Positions 40,905 through 53,970 of a stretch of DNA of 64,000 nucleotides are shown here, piece after piece. The notes beneath the pieces are model-generated. The model was given only the letters and a program-made list of their open reading frames with translations, searched no databases and was not told where the DNA came from. Each line of letters begins with the position of its first letter. The first letter of the stretch is position 1. The stretch is from Octopus sinensis (lineage: Eukaryota). The stretch is taken from positions 20,336,001 through 20,400,000 of the forward strand of contig NC_043004.1 in assembly GCF_006345805.1 (NCBI RefSeq), in the 5' to 3' direction. The translations under genes and the position numbers were made by a program.

Positions 40905-41645
40905 TCTCCTCATCATCATCATTTAACGTCTGTTCTCCATGCTGGTATGGATTGGATAGTTTGATCGGAGCTGGTAAGGTCAGGAGCTACACCAGGATCC
41001 ACTGTTTGTTCTGGCATGGTTTCTATGGCTGGATGCCCTTCCTAACACTATCCACTCCATATAGTGCATTTTTATGCACACCAGCACCAATACTTTTAAT
41101 GCAGCACCAGCACATTTTTATGTTGTACCAGCATCAGTATCAATTCTATTGTGGCAGACAGGTCTCCTCAAATATAGCAAGGTACTAAATATCTTGGTCC
41201 TTTGTGAACTCCTTTGTAAGGCTCAGTATCTTGAGATCAGCTTTCGGTACTTTGCCCCATGTCTTCCTGGGTTTCCCATTTCCATGATTTCTACCCACTT
41301 TATGTGATCAGCATCTCTTTACATTACTGTCTACATCCATACACATTGCATAACCAAACTATTGCAGGTTTCACTCTCGCACACTGCATCTAATTCCTCT
41401 TATGCCCAAATTTTCTCTCAATACACTAGCACTCTATTGTCCTTGTACACTGACATCACACATCCATTAGAGCATGCTAACTTCATTCCTCTCTAGTATT
41501 TGCATGCCCTCTACATTTAGGGCCATGTCTCACAACCATATTTCATTGCTGTTCAGTGAGACCTTTGTTTGCTAACAAAGGTAAAATCTCCTGGAATCTT
41601 TTCCATATTATCCTTATTCTAGTAATTTTATCCATATGCTTATTC
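40905..41645 (-). mobile_element. SINE family C tail continuing into an RTE-like LINE 3' fragment
   Basis: Family C tail at 40905-41080; upstream on minus strand a remnant like YGCETW.LN.E..Q.LERNE.SML.WM at ~41450-41545. Confidence 0.6.
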
Positions 41646-41779
41646 TAAAACTGATTTATTATAACATAAAAAACAAACATTAAAATATATGTAAAGTTGT
41701 ATACATGTGTGTAAATGGATTTATTTATATATATACATACACACACATGCACACACACATGCGTGCACACACATATTTG

Positions 41780-41810
<31 letters not shown>

Positions 41811-41869
41811 TTTTCAAGACACAGCATTATACTCAGAGCTGCATCATCATTCATGTATCTGGAGTCTGA

Positions 41870-42540
41870 AGGGCTTTTGTGTCTTTCAACATCACTTCAT
41901 CACCCAGTTGATCCAGCTGAGTTTCATCAAATTCTAGCTTGCATCCCAGAGTTAACAAAAAAATTATCTTCCTTCTTTATTCAAATCCAAATAGTAGCTT
42001 TCTCTGCAGCTTTGGTGATGGAATTATTGACTCTCCTCTTTACTGTACTAGTAACTCCATCCCAGACATAGCTTTGCCAGGTGAACAATTATTAAAACCC
42101 TGGTAACCTACTTCATCTGTCTTGCATCATCCTCCCCAGCCTTGGCTTCTGGGCTATTGAGCTTCCTCTATGTGTTCTTTCCACATATTTGGTGGAAATT
42201 GAGAAAATAACTATGTGTGGATGGAATGTTGTTAGCATAATGTACTTAGTGAGATTTGATGGGACCCACTGTCAGCAGCCAGTCTGGGGTTATGGAAAGT
42301 TTCGATAAACAGCACTTTTTTCCAGCTTTGAGAAAAATGATGGCTTACTTCCTGAGCTGGTGCTTACTGGACTCAATGGTTGTTGTTAACATCAATGCAG
42401 CTACATCAGTAGCAGCTGTTGGCTAAGGCTCTGGAACAACAGCTGAGTCACTCTCACATTAATTCTTTTTACTCTCATTGTCAACATAGTGGTCAAATCA
42501 GCTGAAGTAGGGTGCCCCAAAGGAAGATTGCATGCAATAG
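41870..42540 (-). mobile_element. Decayed RLE-type non-LTR retrotransposon fragment (HERO/NeSL-like)
   Basis: Remnant KEHIEEA...QGWG..CK..EVGYQGF resembles the EE..EEA.ERK...GW...EVGCRGF region of RLE elements; many stops. Confidence 0.45.
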
Positions 42541-42639
42541 CCACCAATAAGTTTTCATGGATAACCTAACTGTTATGATATCTACTTGAATACATGCATA
42601 TCTAGCTATCTATCTATCTATCTGTCTATCTATCTACTT

Positions 42640-42714
<75 letters not shown>

Positions 42715-42784
42715 CATATATATGTATATATATTATACATATATATATATGAAATATAATATGTAATAATTAGTCGATTGCCAA

Positions 42785-42843
42785 AATAAAACTTAGTTTC
42801 AGATATCGGGGCAGGTGTCTGCTCCGGCAGCTCATCAGTTATT
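42785..42843 (-). ncRNA. Type-I hammerhead ribozyme motif with intact core boxes
   Basis: aataa-CTGATGA-g..ccgg.gcag(acac)ctgc.ccg.tatct-GAAA-c(taa)g-TT-ttatt. Confidence 0.7.
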
Positions 42844-43121
42844 AAGACAACCAAAAATGCTATGAAAATGAGTGTTAAATAAAAGGATATTACTATGAAG
42901 ATGACCAGTATTAAGACAAACAAAGGAGCTATGAGAATATCTGTTAAATAAAGGCAAATTACCCGAATAGGGTGTGTATGCATGCATTTATATGTATGTA
43001 CATGCATGAATATGCAAATTCTATGAGCGAGGGTTTACCTTATTCAAGTATTTTTACTTTCTCCCTATTCAGGTAATTTTCCTTTATTTAACAGCCATTT
43101 TCATAGCATTTTTCTTTGTCT

Positions 43122-43184
43122 TAATAACTGATGAGATGCTGGAGCAGACACCTGCCCCGACATCCAAAACTCTGAGTTTTATTA
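43122..43184 (+). ncRNA. Type-I hammerhead motif, GAAA mutated to AAAA
   Basis: taataa-CTGATGA-gatgctggagcag(acac)ctgccccgacatcc-AAAA-ct(ctg)ag-TT-ttatta. Confidence 0.65.
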
Positions 43185-43895
43185 TGGCAATCGACTAATT
43201 GTCACGTATTATATTATAGATAAATTCCTCTATTTACATAACATTGAGATCTCATTAATTCTTTTCCTGTCATATTATCATTATTAATATATTATGTATA
43301 TATATGCACAAGTACATATATGTGTGTTTGCATGTGTATATATATGTATTTCTAGAATTATTCATGTACATATATATAAGTGCATGTGTGTGTGTGCCTG
43401 TGCGTATGTAAGAGTCTTCTTAAAATTTGAAACAACAAAAACATGACTGTCTACAACAATATACGAATTCAATGCTGATGTGTTACTGAATTGTTCAACT
43501 CCAGAATATGTGGAATGATCTATAGCTTCTATGTGGAATAATGAAGATAATGTATACAATAGCATAAAAATATCTGCCAAGCTAACAAGAAAGACTCTAG
43601 ATATATGAAGATTAAATGAGACAGTGACATCACTAACAAAACAAATTTATGCTGATAGGGAAACAAACAAATAAAGTGGGTCTGCTGATGGTTGGGAGAG
43701 AGGAACTAGTAGAGGTAAACATAGTTTTGCTTAACATTTTGATAAATACATAGAAACATGTACACACTGACATTGATACAAATGAGCACATGTCAGCTAG
43801 TATATAAAGATATATTCAAACACACATGCACACACACATATATATTATATGTGTATGAACATGCATACTCTGCGTTAATGTGTATGTGTGTACGT

Positions 43896-43964
<69 letters not shown>

Positions 43965-44111
43965 ATTCATAGATAAGGGCAAACTGTCCGCCTTTTTTTG
44001 AGTAGCATGCGTATCATGATAAAATTATATGGTTAATGGACAATATGTCCAATTTTTCGGCATATTTGGCATTAGAAATTTTATCATTTGCCCTTATCTA
44101 TGAATTGTATA

Positions 44112-44175
<64 letters not shown>

Positions 44176-44247
44176 GTATGTATATATGTATATATGTATG
44201 TATATATATATATATATTATATATATATACATATATATATATATATC

Positions 44248-44443
44248 TGTGTCGGTGGCACATAAAACCACCCACTACACTCTCGGAGTGGTTGGCGTTA
44301 GGAAGGGCATCCAGCTGTAGAAACACTGCCAGATCTGACTGGACTGGTGCAGCTTTCGGGCTCCCCAGACCCCAGTTGAACCGTCCAACCCATGCTAGCA
44401 TGGAAAGCGGACGTTAAATGATGATGATGATGATGATGATGAT
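44248..44443 (+). mobile_element. SINE family C
   Basis: gtggttggcgttaggaagggcatccagctgtagaaac...ggaaagcggacgttaaa(tga)n. Confidence 0.85.
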
Positions 44444-44456
44444 GTATATATGTATG

Positions 44457-44490
<34 letters not shown>

Positions 44491-44497
44491 TATATAC

Positions 44498-44558
<61 letters not shown>

Positions 44559-44737
44559 TATATATATATATGTATGTATATTTATGTATGTATTGACGAG
44601 TTTCGTTTTTTCACTTTCCCGAAGAGAAGATTGCATTGTTTATACCATTTATTCTTTTGAATAGTATCAGTGGAATTTTCGAAATATGTGTAGAAAGTAA
44701 AAATACTTGTTTAAACCTGCGTTAACTCCATTTTTTA

Positions 44738-44769
<32 letters not shown>

Positions 44770-44772
<3 letters not shown>

Positions 44773-45047
44773 TTATCATCATCATCATTTAACGTCTGTT
44801 TTCCATGCAGGCATGAGTTGGACAGTTCGACTAGTGTCTGGGAAGCCAGGAGGCTGCACCAGGCTCCAGTCTGATCAGGCAGTTTTCGCCAGCCGGATGC
44901 CTTCCCTATCACTAACCACTCTGAGAGTGTGGAGGGTGCATTTTATGTGCCACCAGCACAGGGGCCAGAAGGGGCTGGCTTCAACTATAATTGGATGGTA
45001 CTTTTTACGTGCCACCGGCACAGGAGCCGGTCAAGGCAGGGTTGGCA
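44770..45047 (-). mobile_element. SINE family C
   Basis: Reverse-orientation copy with (cat)n tail. Confidence 0.85.
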
Positions 45048-47780
45048 TATATATATATATAAATGTATGTGTGTGTGTATGAATGTATGAATGTATGTAC
45101 AAATGCAAATATCGAACACTGAGAATAAGCACTCAACATTGCATTGATGTATAACCTTGTTATACATATATATAGGTAAATAAGTATATAAGTGTGTGTG
45201 TGTATATAAATGGTGATTGCTTCATCTTCATAGATGACTGCTGTTTGCTTGTGCTTCTTCATTGTCACTGGCAAATCTGTCTTTCCCTCAATGACTTCTC
45301 AGTTTTCTATTCACTCCCAGTGCAGGTTTGCTTGGTTTGTAGCATAGTTGACTGACGAAATTTGTGACTTACTGTGTACTTCAAGCTGGTTACATCTGAA
45401 CAAGTTGCCACCCTTCCATCACCATATTACTTGCAGTACATGGAATGACAAATCATATCACGATAAAGAGACATTTGTATGTTATTTGAACTATAGTGAT
45501 AAATTCTTGTACAACACTAATGCCACTCTCTGTGACTGTGGTTTGTGGTTAGGACCTAGTAAAAGGCTGAAATGAAATGAGCAGTAATTATGAGAAACAA
45601 CAAGTTTTACATCTGCATGTTCCTCTCCTAGAAGGATACTATAACAACAGCTAAGGGTCCTATCCTTCTGGCATTATTGTTACCCCTCGACACAAACCAG
45701 TGGTATTTCTGCATCACTCAATGCTGAGATAGTTGTCATTACATAGTTAAACTCATAGCTAAGGACCTTGAGAAGTGCTACTACTCTCTGCCAAAATAGT
45801 ACCTGGTGGGGTTTCCACACTCTTCAAAATCCTCAAATGCCCAAACCAGAGCCCCACTATCAGATGGAATTTAAAATCATACCTGGGACACATGCACACT
45901 CATTGTACACAGCTGTTACTTCTCTCTGTCTCTACTGAGAATTTTTTGTACATTGAACTCATTTAGGCAACAAATAGTTGTTAAAACAGGTATGAATAAA
46001 AATCAACAGCAGGAAATACCATCTGTGTTCTATATATATACTCACCAGTTTGCATTGAGGAGTTTTCCTATTGTAATATACATCCATCTCAAGGCAGCAA
46101 GCTGGCAGAAACATTAGCATGCTGGATGAAATGCTTAGTGGTATTTCATCTGTCTGAATATATGATTGAATATATGGATAATTGTAGGTTGTTTTCTACA
46201 CTGCTTTATGGGAGAAAAAGGGTTTTCTCAACAGAGGGACCAGACATTAAAGTAGGCAGCAGCTTGATAGATAAACCAATTAAGGATATGCAGAAAGGAA
46301 AGTTCCTAGTCCATCAGAAATTATCACTGAGAAACAGTTTCGACATATGATAGCCTTTCACTATAGCACCTACATGCTTCTTTTTTGTCTGGAGTCAGTA
46401 ATTACAAGTGTGTCATTAGCCATCCTTTCACACTTTTTGCTCACAATGTCTTGATTTTTTTCTAATGTACCACCTGCATCTTACCTTCTAGCTATTTGGT
46501 ATAGTTCTCTACTACCCCCAATCATCCAGTCCTTCCAAGCCTATCATTTCGTTTTTTTATGGCTCTGTCTATTTCATTGTTTCCCTACCATTTCATCTTT
46601 TCTCTGGCTGTCAGTGTGTGTCTTTGTGTCTGTGTTTGTTTCCCACACTATATGATAACTAGTGTTGGTTTGCTTATATTTCTTTAAACATAGAGGGTTA
46701 GCAAAAGAGACAGATACAATAAATACCCAATTTAAAGAAAAATACTGGAGTTTTCTATGATTAAAATCCTTCAAGACAGTTTCCCTGTATGACCGCAGTC
46801 CAATGATTAGAACCAGTAAAATTTTATTTTCTACTCTAGGCACAAGGCCTGAAGGACCAGTAAAATATTACTCTGCCAATAAACCATCTACAGCACCCAT
46901 ACCGTAAATATGCATGTGTATAATATATGTTGGTGCACACATATACACAAATGTTGAGAAGTATTTTCCCTTCTTGCATTCTATAGAAATGTAGTTGTGA
47001 TGCTTAGTTCAATTATCCTGTTGGAATTAATTTGGAGACATGAGTTTTTGTTTAGTAAATCAAGATAGAATAGATTCGTATGTCATCTCATTTATCGCTT
47101 TTCTGAGATCACCTGTGGATTTCAAATCAACACTTGAGTCTAGCGACATATTTGTCAGTTATACAACTGCTTACAACAGTAATTGCTTCATGCTGACCTA
47201 CCAAGCTCATCTATTAAGAGTTTGATTACTTTGTTACAACTCCACATAATAATCAATGACCACTTTGCCCGTTGCCCAGTATCCCACCAACTCAGCAATG
47301 TATTAACGTTTTCCTGTAGCATAAATCTTATGAATACAATATAAATGTAAATAATTTCTAGGAAATACTTTCTGAAACGATTATCTAGGCAACAGAAAAC
47401 ACAAAATCATTTGAAATGTGGTGAAATTACAGTACAGCTGTGAAGAAAATTGTGCTTACAAATATTCATTAAAATGGGTGTGATTTTCCTTCTCAAAAAT
47501 CTATTTATTGGACTTGTAAAGCATGTTTCCTCTTTTACACGGCCAGAATTATATGTGTGAGTGTGTATGTCTACACATTATGTTATGTTTGTATGTATAT
47601 GTGTATTGCAAACAAGACAGGGTTTTTCTTTTAATCTATCGACATTTAAAAAAAGATTTTTTGCATGTGTACCTTGCAGTTTGAAGCAGAATCATTGCTA
47701 AATCAGTCAGCAGTGTCTTTAGATTTGTGTATGCCTAACAATATTATGACAAAGGAAAGAAGATCCAGAACAGTGACTTG

Positions 47781-48196
47781 AGGCGAACTGGCAGAAACGT
47801 TAGCACGCCGGGCGATATGCTTGGCAGTATTTCGTTTGCCACTACATTCTGAGTTCAAATTCCTCCAAGGTCGACTTTGCCTTTCATCCTTTCGGGGCCG
47901 ATTAAATAAGTACCAGTTACGCACTGGGGTCGATATAATTGACTTAATCCGTTTGTCTGTCCTTGTTTGTCCTCTCTGTGTTTAGCCCCTTGTGGGTAGT
48001 AAAGAAATAGGTATTTCATCTGCCACTACGTTCTGAGCTCAAATTCCTCCAAGGTCGACTTTGCCTTTCATCCTTTCGGAGTCGATTAAATAAGTACCAG
48101 TTATGCCCTGGAGTCGATATAATCGACTTAATCCATTTGTCTGTCCTTGCTTGTCCCCGCTATGTTCAGCTCCTTGAGGGCAGTAAAGAAATAAGA
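47781..48196 (+). mobile_element. SINE family B, tandem dimer
   Basis: aggcgaactggcagaaacgttagc head, gagttcaaattcc B box; unit ggtatttc...aaagaaata occurs twice; central tttgcctttcatcctttcgggg.cgattaaataagtacc resembles the MetaSINE domain (from memory, unverified). Confidence 0.85.
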
Positions 48197-48544
48197 ACAG
48201 TGCCTTGAGGTTTTTTGGATAAAGTTCCATTAATCTTTTAAGAAATTAGAAATTCAAGCCCTCTAACTTCTGTTTTTTTAAATCTAACATTTTCAGTTTT
48301 CTGACACCCTCACCCCACCAACATCCATGATTTTGTTCTTATAACTAAATGAAAATATGAGCTCTCAGACATATGACATGCAATTTTACAGATATGATAT
48401 CAGGGTTGTGCAAAAATTTGTATGGATTGGGTAAGGAAAAAAGCAAGAAAATATAAAAATAAATAATGTTCACTGGTGTTATCATCTTGAGTGGTTCTTT
48501 CACTATGTTTCAGCTGCTGTACTCTCTGGAGACAAAGTGAATTT

Positions 48545-49055
48545 TTAAGACATATAAAATGGAGACAACCAACCACTGTGGGATGAGGTCAAAATAATAG
48601 ATAGAGAGCATCACTGGAAAATTAAAAAACTTAAGGAAGCAGCACATACGCTAGGACATAATAGCCTCCTAAGTAGGCCAAGTGCAGAGACGAATATAAT
48701 TATGGGAACCAATAATTAAGAAAGAAGAGGACAGACTGTCACAATGGATTACATAGGCATTAGATTCACTTTGTCACTGCCTATGGACATAGTGCTGTAG
48801 ATAAAGATGTTGGTTTATGTAACGCAGTCATCTAGAGATTTCTGAGTTCAATCCCAGGCAAGGAATAAAGGTACTTCACAAAAAAAAAAAAAAGATCAAG
48901 CAAAGCAAAAAATGTCACAAAAGGCTGAGAGCAGAATGAGAACAGTGTATCCCTATAGATCAAATAAAGGGCTAAGTTTGAAATACTAATACAACAACCG
49001 AATTCAACACAAAACAACTGAAGAAGGCTGGTGTGTGTAACAGCTGAAACACTAT
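48545..49055 (+). mobile_element. 3' fragment of a second PLE family (GIY-YIG C-terminus + 3' region ending in an HHR-like motif)
   Basis: PLWDEVKIIDREHHWKIKKLKEAAH resembles PLE GIY-YIG C-termini; CTGAAGA-aggctg...cagct-GAAA at 49018-49049. Confidence 0.6.
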
Positions 49056-49210
49056 GATGGTGTGACCAGAGCTGATTTGGCATGGTTTCTATTGCTGGGA
49101 GCCTTTCCTAAAGACTATATAAGTTTATAGTCTTTTATCATTTATTTGTTTAAGTCACTGGACACTGGTTTTAGTCAAGTGGATTCACACTGGTACTTGT
49201 TTTGTAAAGC
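49056..49210 (+). repeat. Local duplicate of 50424-50582
   Basis: ~155 bp near-identical direct copy spanning the junction of two different SINE remnants. Confidence 0.9.
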
Positions 49211-49962
49211 AACAATCAAGGTGATAACACCAGTCTGACTAATACAAACAGCATACATACAATAAATTCATCTCAGAAATATAGATTTATAAAAATAAAT
49301 TAGGTTGCTAATGACATGTACAGAAAACATATGACTTTTATAATTAATTAAACACGGTAATGTTTTGCTTTTTCATTGTTTTTAATCACTGCTAATGTAA
49401 TAAACCTTTAATTGGTAATTGTCAACATATGATAAATGCATCAATACTTGTCGCTGTCAGTGCTGCCTCAGTACACATGAATGTAAATATTCATCTAATT
49501 TAGTATATCTCTGCAAATTATTATTTGAAATAAATTAGTTTAGTATTAAAGGTTAGTCACACATTTGATACCCTCATGGTTGATGAACAAAATTAGAGTG
49601 GGCAACGTCTGTAAAAATAATATAGATATATTTGATGGCAAAGATTAGAAATCAACATGTATTACTTCAGTAACATTTCTAAACTGAACAAACAAAATTT
49701 CATTTCATGTGAAAAAAAATTATTCAGATTTTTATACACAGCTTATGATATATTGCAAATGGTTTAAGTGATATCATATCAGAATTGAAGTTTTTAATCT
49801 CCAATGAAAGTATCTTTGCTTAATTTCTTCAATAAATAAATATAAAAAAAAAGATTATTGTCAAATTTTTTACATCTTTTAAATTATTTTGTTGATGATG
49901 AAATCTGAACCTTTTGTCATACATCCTGTGAACTCTTCAGCAATTCTCCATCCCATGTGAAG

Positions 49963-50035
49963 GGTTGCTTTGGTCTAATGGTAAAATGCCTGTCATGTTT
50001 ACAGGAGATGTAGATTCAAATCACATGGGCAGCCT
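49963..50035 (+). pseudogene. tRNA-like sequence (pseudo-tRNA or solo SINE head)
   Basis: 73 nt; acceptor GGTTGCT/GGCAGCC; anticodon stem CCTGT/ACAGG with 7 nt loop; A box tggtctaatgg; TTCAAAT T-loop; D and T stems mispaired. Confidence 0.55.
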
Positions 50036-50110
50036 TTGACTTTCTGAAGAAATTTGAACCCTTACTTTCAATCTTATTTTGATATATATATATATATAAA
50101 TATATATATA

Positions 50111-50236
50111 TCGTGATCACATGATCACGTGACCGACCAGTCCATCAGATGTAGTTACACATCGCTGGTCACAATGCGTTCGCATTGTTTTAGCCTTCGA
50201 ATGACGCCACCCCGCTGGCTAAGCGAGCAGGCTAAT
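50111..50236. mobile_element. Short CpG-rich retroelement end fragment inserted in (TA)n
   Basis: GC-rich block with gtgatcac repeats, flanked on both sides by (TA)n. Confidence 0.5.
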
Positions 50237-51999
50237 ATATATATATATATATATAAACTTTTATTTGCGGAACAAACAGCTTGAAAATATAAAATTGATT
50301 ATTGACCTCTGTATTACAATGGTAGTTACACAAAAGAATGGATTGCCTTTTCTTTTATACAAAATATCCTCCTCCTCATCATCATCATCATTTAACATCC
50401 ATTGTTCATGCTGGCACGAATTGGATGGTGTGACCAACCAGAGCTGATTTGGCATGGTTTCTATTGCTGGGAGCCTTTCCTAAAGACAATATAAGTTTAT
50501 AGTCTTTTATCATTTATTTGTTTAAGTCACTGGACAGTGGTTTTAGTCAAGTGGATTCACACTAGTACTTATTTTTTAAAGCCTAGTACTTAATCTATTT
50601 GTCTATTTTGCCAAACCACTAAGTTACAGTGATCTAAACAACCCATCATTGGTTGTTATGCATTTCTTGGAGACACACATGCATGCGTGCATACACACAC
50701 ACATGTACAGGCTTCTTTCAGTATCCATCTATAAAATCCACACACAAGACTTTGGTTGGCCCTGGGTTAGAGTAAAATTCACTTGCTGAAAGTGAGATTG
50801 AACTCTGAACCATGTGGTCAGGAAGCATACTTCTTACCACACAGCCATGCCTGTACTTATGAATGTGAAGCTGTTAAAAAAAATGTCCAGAATTTTACTT
50901 AATCATCATCATCATCCAATGTTTTAAATCTGGGTTTTGTTCATGTTAACAGGGAAGGGCTGAATCTACCTCAGTGCCATAGCAACCAAGGTAGGCTGGT
51001 GCAGCCCACCCAAACCTTTGGGATGGCTGGTACCCATTCTCTTTTGCTATCATGAGGCTTTTTTGAAGCAGGAGTTTCAATGTTGAAGTGAAACTAATGG
51101 CATTTGTGTGTTCTTGGGTAGTTTACAAACATCTTCCACGCTGCAATTATTTTTGTTTCAGCATACAATCTCAGATCAAGTCAAAGGCTATGCAAATGCA
51201 TCTCCATAAATTTTTAAATCACTGTGGATAAATGCCAGCAATGACTTTCTCAGGTTCTCCAATATTTTAATTCCTAAACAGAAACGATCAAGTACACAAA
51301 GTGGGGTTACAAAATATTCATAATTTCTCAAGTTTTCTTTTTTATAGCATATAAATATATTTATGGGGAAAAATATTGAAAAACATTAATACATGTGGGA
51401 GTGATAAAAAAACAAGTGTTGTCTTTGGATGGGCTAGAAACAACAGCCAAATTGTCCTTAAATCACTTTTCCCTCTGAAAATATTAACAATCTTTTTGAA
51501 GTGCAAAAACAAAAATGGCCAAAATAGGCCCGGAGTGGGATGATGAGGGAGGGGGTGTGAAAAAAAAAGACTTTTCAAAATTATCTTGGGGAAAATCTCC
51601 AAAACAATTTTCGCTATAAATTTCTTTATAATCGTAATCTATGCAGTTTGAAAGGGATTTGTAAAATTTTTCATTAAAAGACACCCATCTTTCTGAAAGT
51701 TATGAGGGGAAAAATGTCAGACCGTGTGAATTTTCAGAAACACCTCTCTCCACCTAATCACAAATATTATTTTCCATACATCTCTATATACTCTGAAGCC
51801 ACAACATCTAAAAACATTTGTTAAAAAGGACCTGCTTTTCTGGATGTTATGAGGCAACAAAGTCGGAGGCGTGTACATCTGTAGTAATGCCCTTTCATTT
51901 ATATGATTTTTTTCATTTCATGTTTATTACATTCATTGTTTGCAATGTTTTCTCTCTTTCTCACACACATTCTGCAGTCTTTCTGCTGGCATGTATATA

Positions 52000-52046
<47 letters not shown>

Positions 52047-52143
52047 ATGGATCAAAACAGTTTAATTCAAATTTCACAGCATGTGGTTAATTCTCAGCTA
52101 TTGGAAATAAATGTGTTGAGTGCTCTTGTTTCGTTTGTCCACT

Positions 52144-52183
<40 letters not shown>

Positions 52184-52436
52184 GGTATGTATTTGTATGT
52201 CTGTGTTTGTCTCCACTCACCCACTATCGCTGGACAATCAATGTTGGTGTGTTTGCATACCGGTGACTTAGCAGTTCAGCAAAATAGACAATTTGTTCGA
52301 CTAGAGACTGTGCTCCAGCATAGCCATACTAAAAATGACTGAAACAAGTAAAAGAATATGTACATATTTATCTGTCTACCTATCTATCTATCTATATATA
52401 TATATACACGTTATTATAAAAGCTGCAAAATATTCA

Positions 52437-52852
52437 TTTATACTCTAGGCACAAGGCCCAAAATTTTGGGGGAAGGAGCCAGTCAATTAGATGGCCCCAG
52501 TACACAACTGGTACTTAATTTATCGACCCCCAAAGGACGTAATGCAAAGTTAACCTTGCCAGAATTTGAACTCAGAATGTAAAGACAGATGAAATACTGC
52601 TAAGCATCTAATGTTTCTTATTTCTTTACTGCCCACAAGGGGCTACACACAGAGTGGACAAACAAGGACAGACAAAGGGATAAAGTCGATTACATCGAAC
52701 CCAGTACGTAACTGGTACTTAATTTATCGACCCCGAAAGGATGAAAGGCAAAGTCAGCCCCAGCGGAATTTGAACTCAGAACGTAACAGCAGATGAAATA
52801 CCACCAAGCATTTCGCCTGGCATGCTAATGTTTCAGCCAGCTCGCTGCCTTA
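52437..52852 (-). mobile_element. SINE family B, tandem pair
   Basis: Two reverse units with ggtacttaatttatcgacccc.aaagga core. Confidence 0.85.
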
Positions 52853-53075
52853 AGCTGCAAAATATTGACAGTAATGTTTGTGTGCATTTTGTGAATATCA
52901 GTTCTGTGAATATTTTGCAGCACTTGCAATAAAGCATGTTAGTCTACCATTGGTATTTGAGTAATATTCTTTCTACATTGTTTCACAATTATGTGGCTAC
53001 CTCTGTGTGTTTGTAAGTGTGCGTGTGTGTGCGTGTGTGTGCGTGTGTGTGCGTGTGTGTTTGTGTGTGTGTGTA

Positions 53076-53440
53076 TCATCATCATCTTTTAAAGTTCGCT
53101 TTCCATGCTGGCATAAGTTGGACAGTTTGACAGGAGCTGACCAGGCAGAAGACTGCACCAGGGTTTTTTTTTATGGCTGGACCTCCTTCCTAACTCCAAC
53201 CACCCCACAGAGTGGACTCTGTGCTTTTTACGTGGCATGAGCACAGGTGCGGTCAGTTTCAACATGTTTTTTACAGTTGGATGCCCTTCTAAATGCCAAC
53301 CATTTACAGTTTGGACTGGATGCTTTTTATGTAGCACCAGCACTGGCATGGTCCCCAAGTAACTTGCAAGACAAAGAACCTTTGAGAGAGGCGGGGCTAT
53401 TGAAGGGGGTGATACTGTACCAGTTGATGAAAGGTTAGTC
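53076..53440 (-). mobile_element. SINE family C
   Basis: (cat)n tail + ttccatgctggcat...ggatgcccttc. Confidence 0.75.
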
Positions 53441-53970
53441 ATACACATGATTGTTTTTTTTAAGGACTGTGAAATGAATAGCAATTAAAATTTTTTTAAA
53501 CATTATGTTTAATTTTGCATAAAAGTAAATGAACCCATTACACTGTAATATTCAAAATAGTTTGAAAATTGTCTTTCATTTTAAACTACTACTTTTAGAA
53601 TAAAGTTTGTGTATGACAGTGAGAAACAAATTTATAATTTATACCCTCCATTCTCCAATAAGCTTCGTCTGGAATATTATAATCTCTACTCCTCTATACG
53701 GCATCCAGATATCATCAATATAGAAATAGATTCAGCCAGTGTAGACTATCATTCAATATCTTAAGTTCTTATCTTTCCATTTGGTTTATTTCAGAACAGA
53801 TGTTTTGTAAAATTTTTCAGTTTTATATTCCAAATTGTAAACAATAACCTCATAGGTTACAAGATTTTAATAGCAATCGCTCATAGCAACAATGACAATA
53901 GTGTGTCTGTGTGTGTTTAAATAGGTGATGGTTTTGCTTCATTCAAAGTAGACTGTTGTGTATATGTATA

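Larger units (their letters stand above)
42755..43290. mobile_element. Inverted-repeat element with a hammerhead motif in each arm (PLE inverted-pLTR-like)
   Basis: 42757-42895 and ~43072-43214 are reverse complements; partial internal repeat at 42910-42972; ~75 nt unpaired tail at right; within TA/CA microsatellite. Confidence 0.85.
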
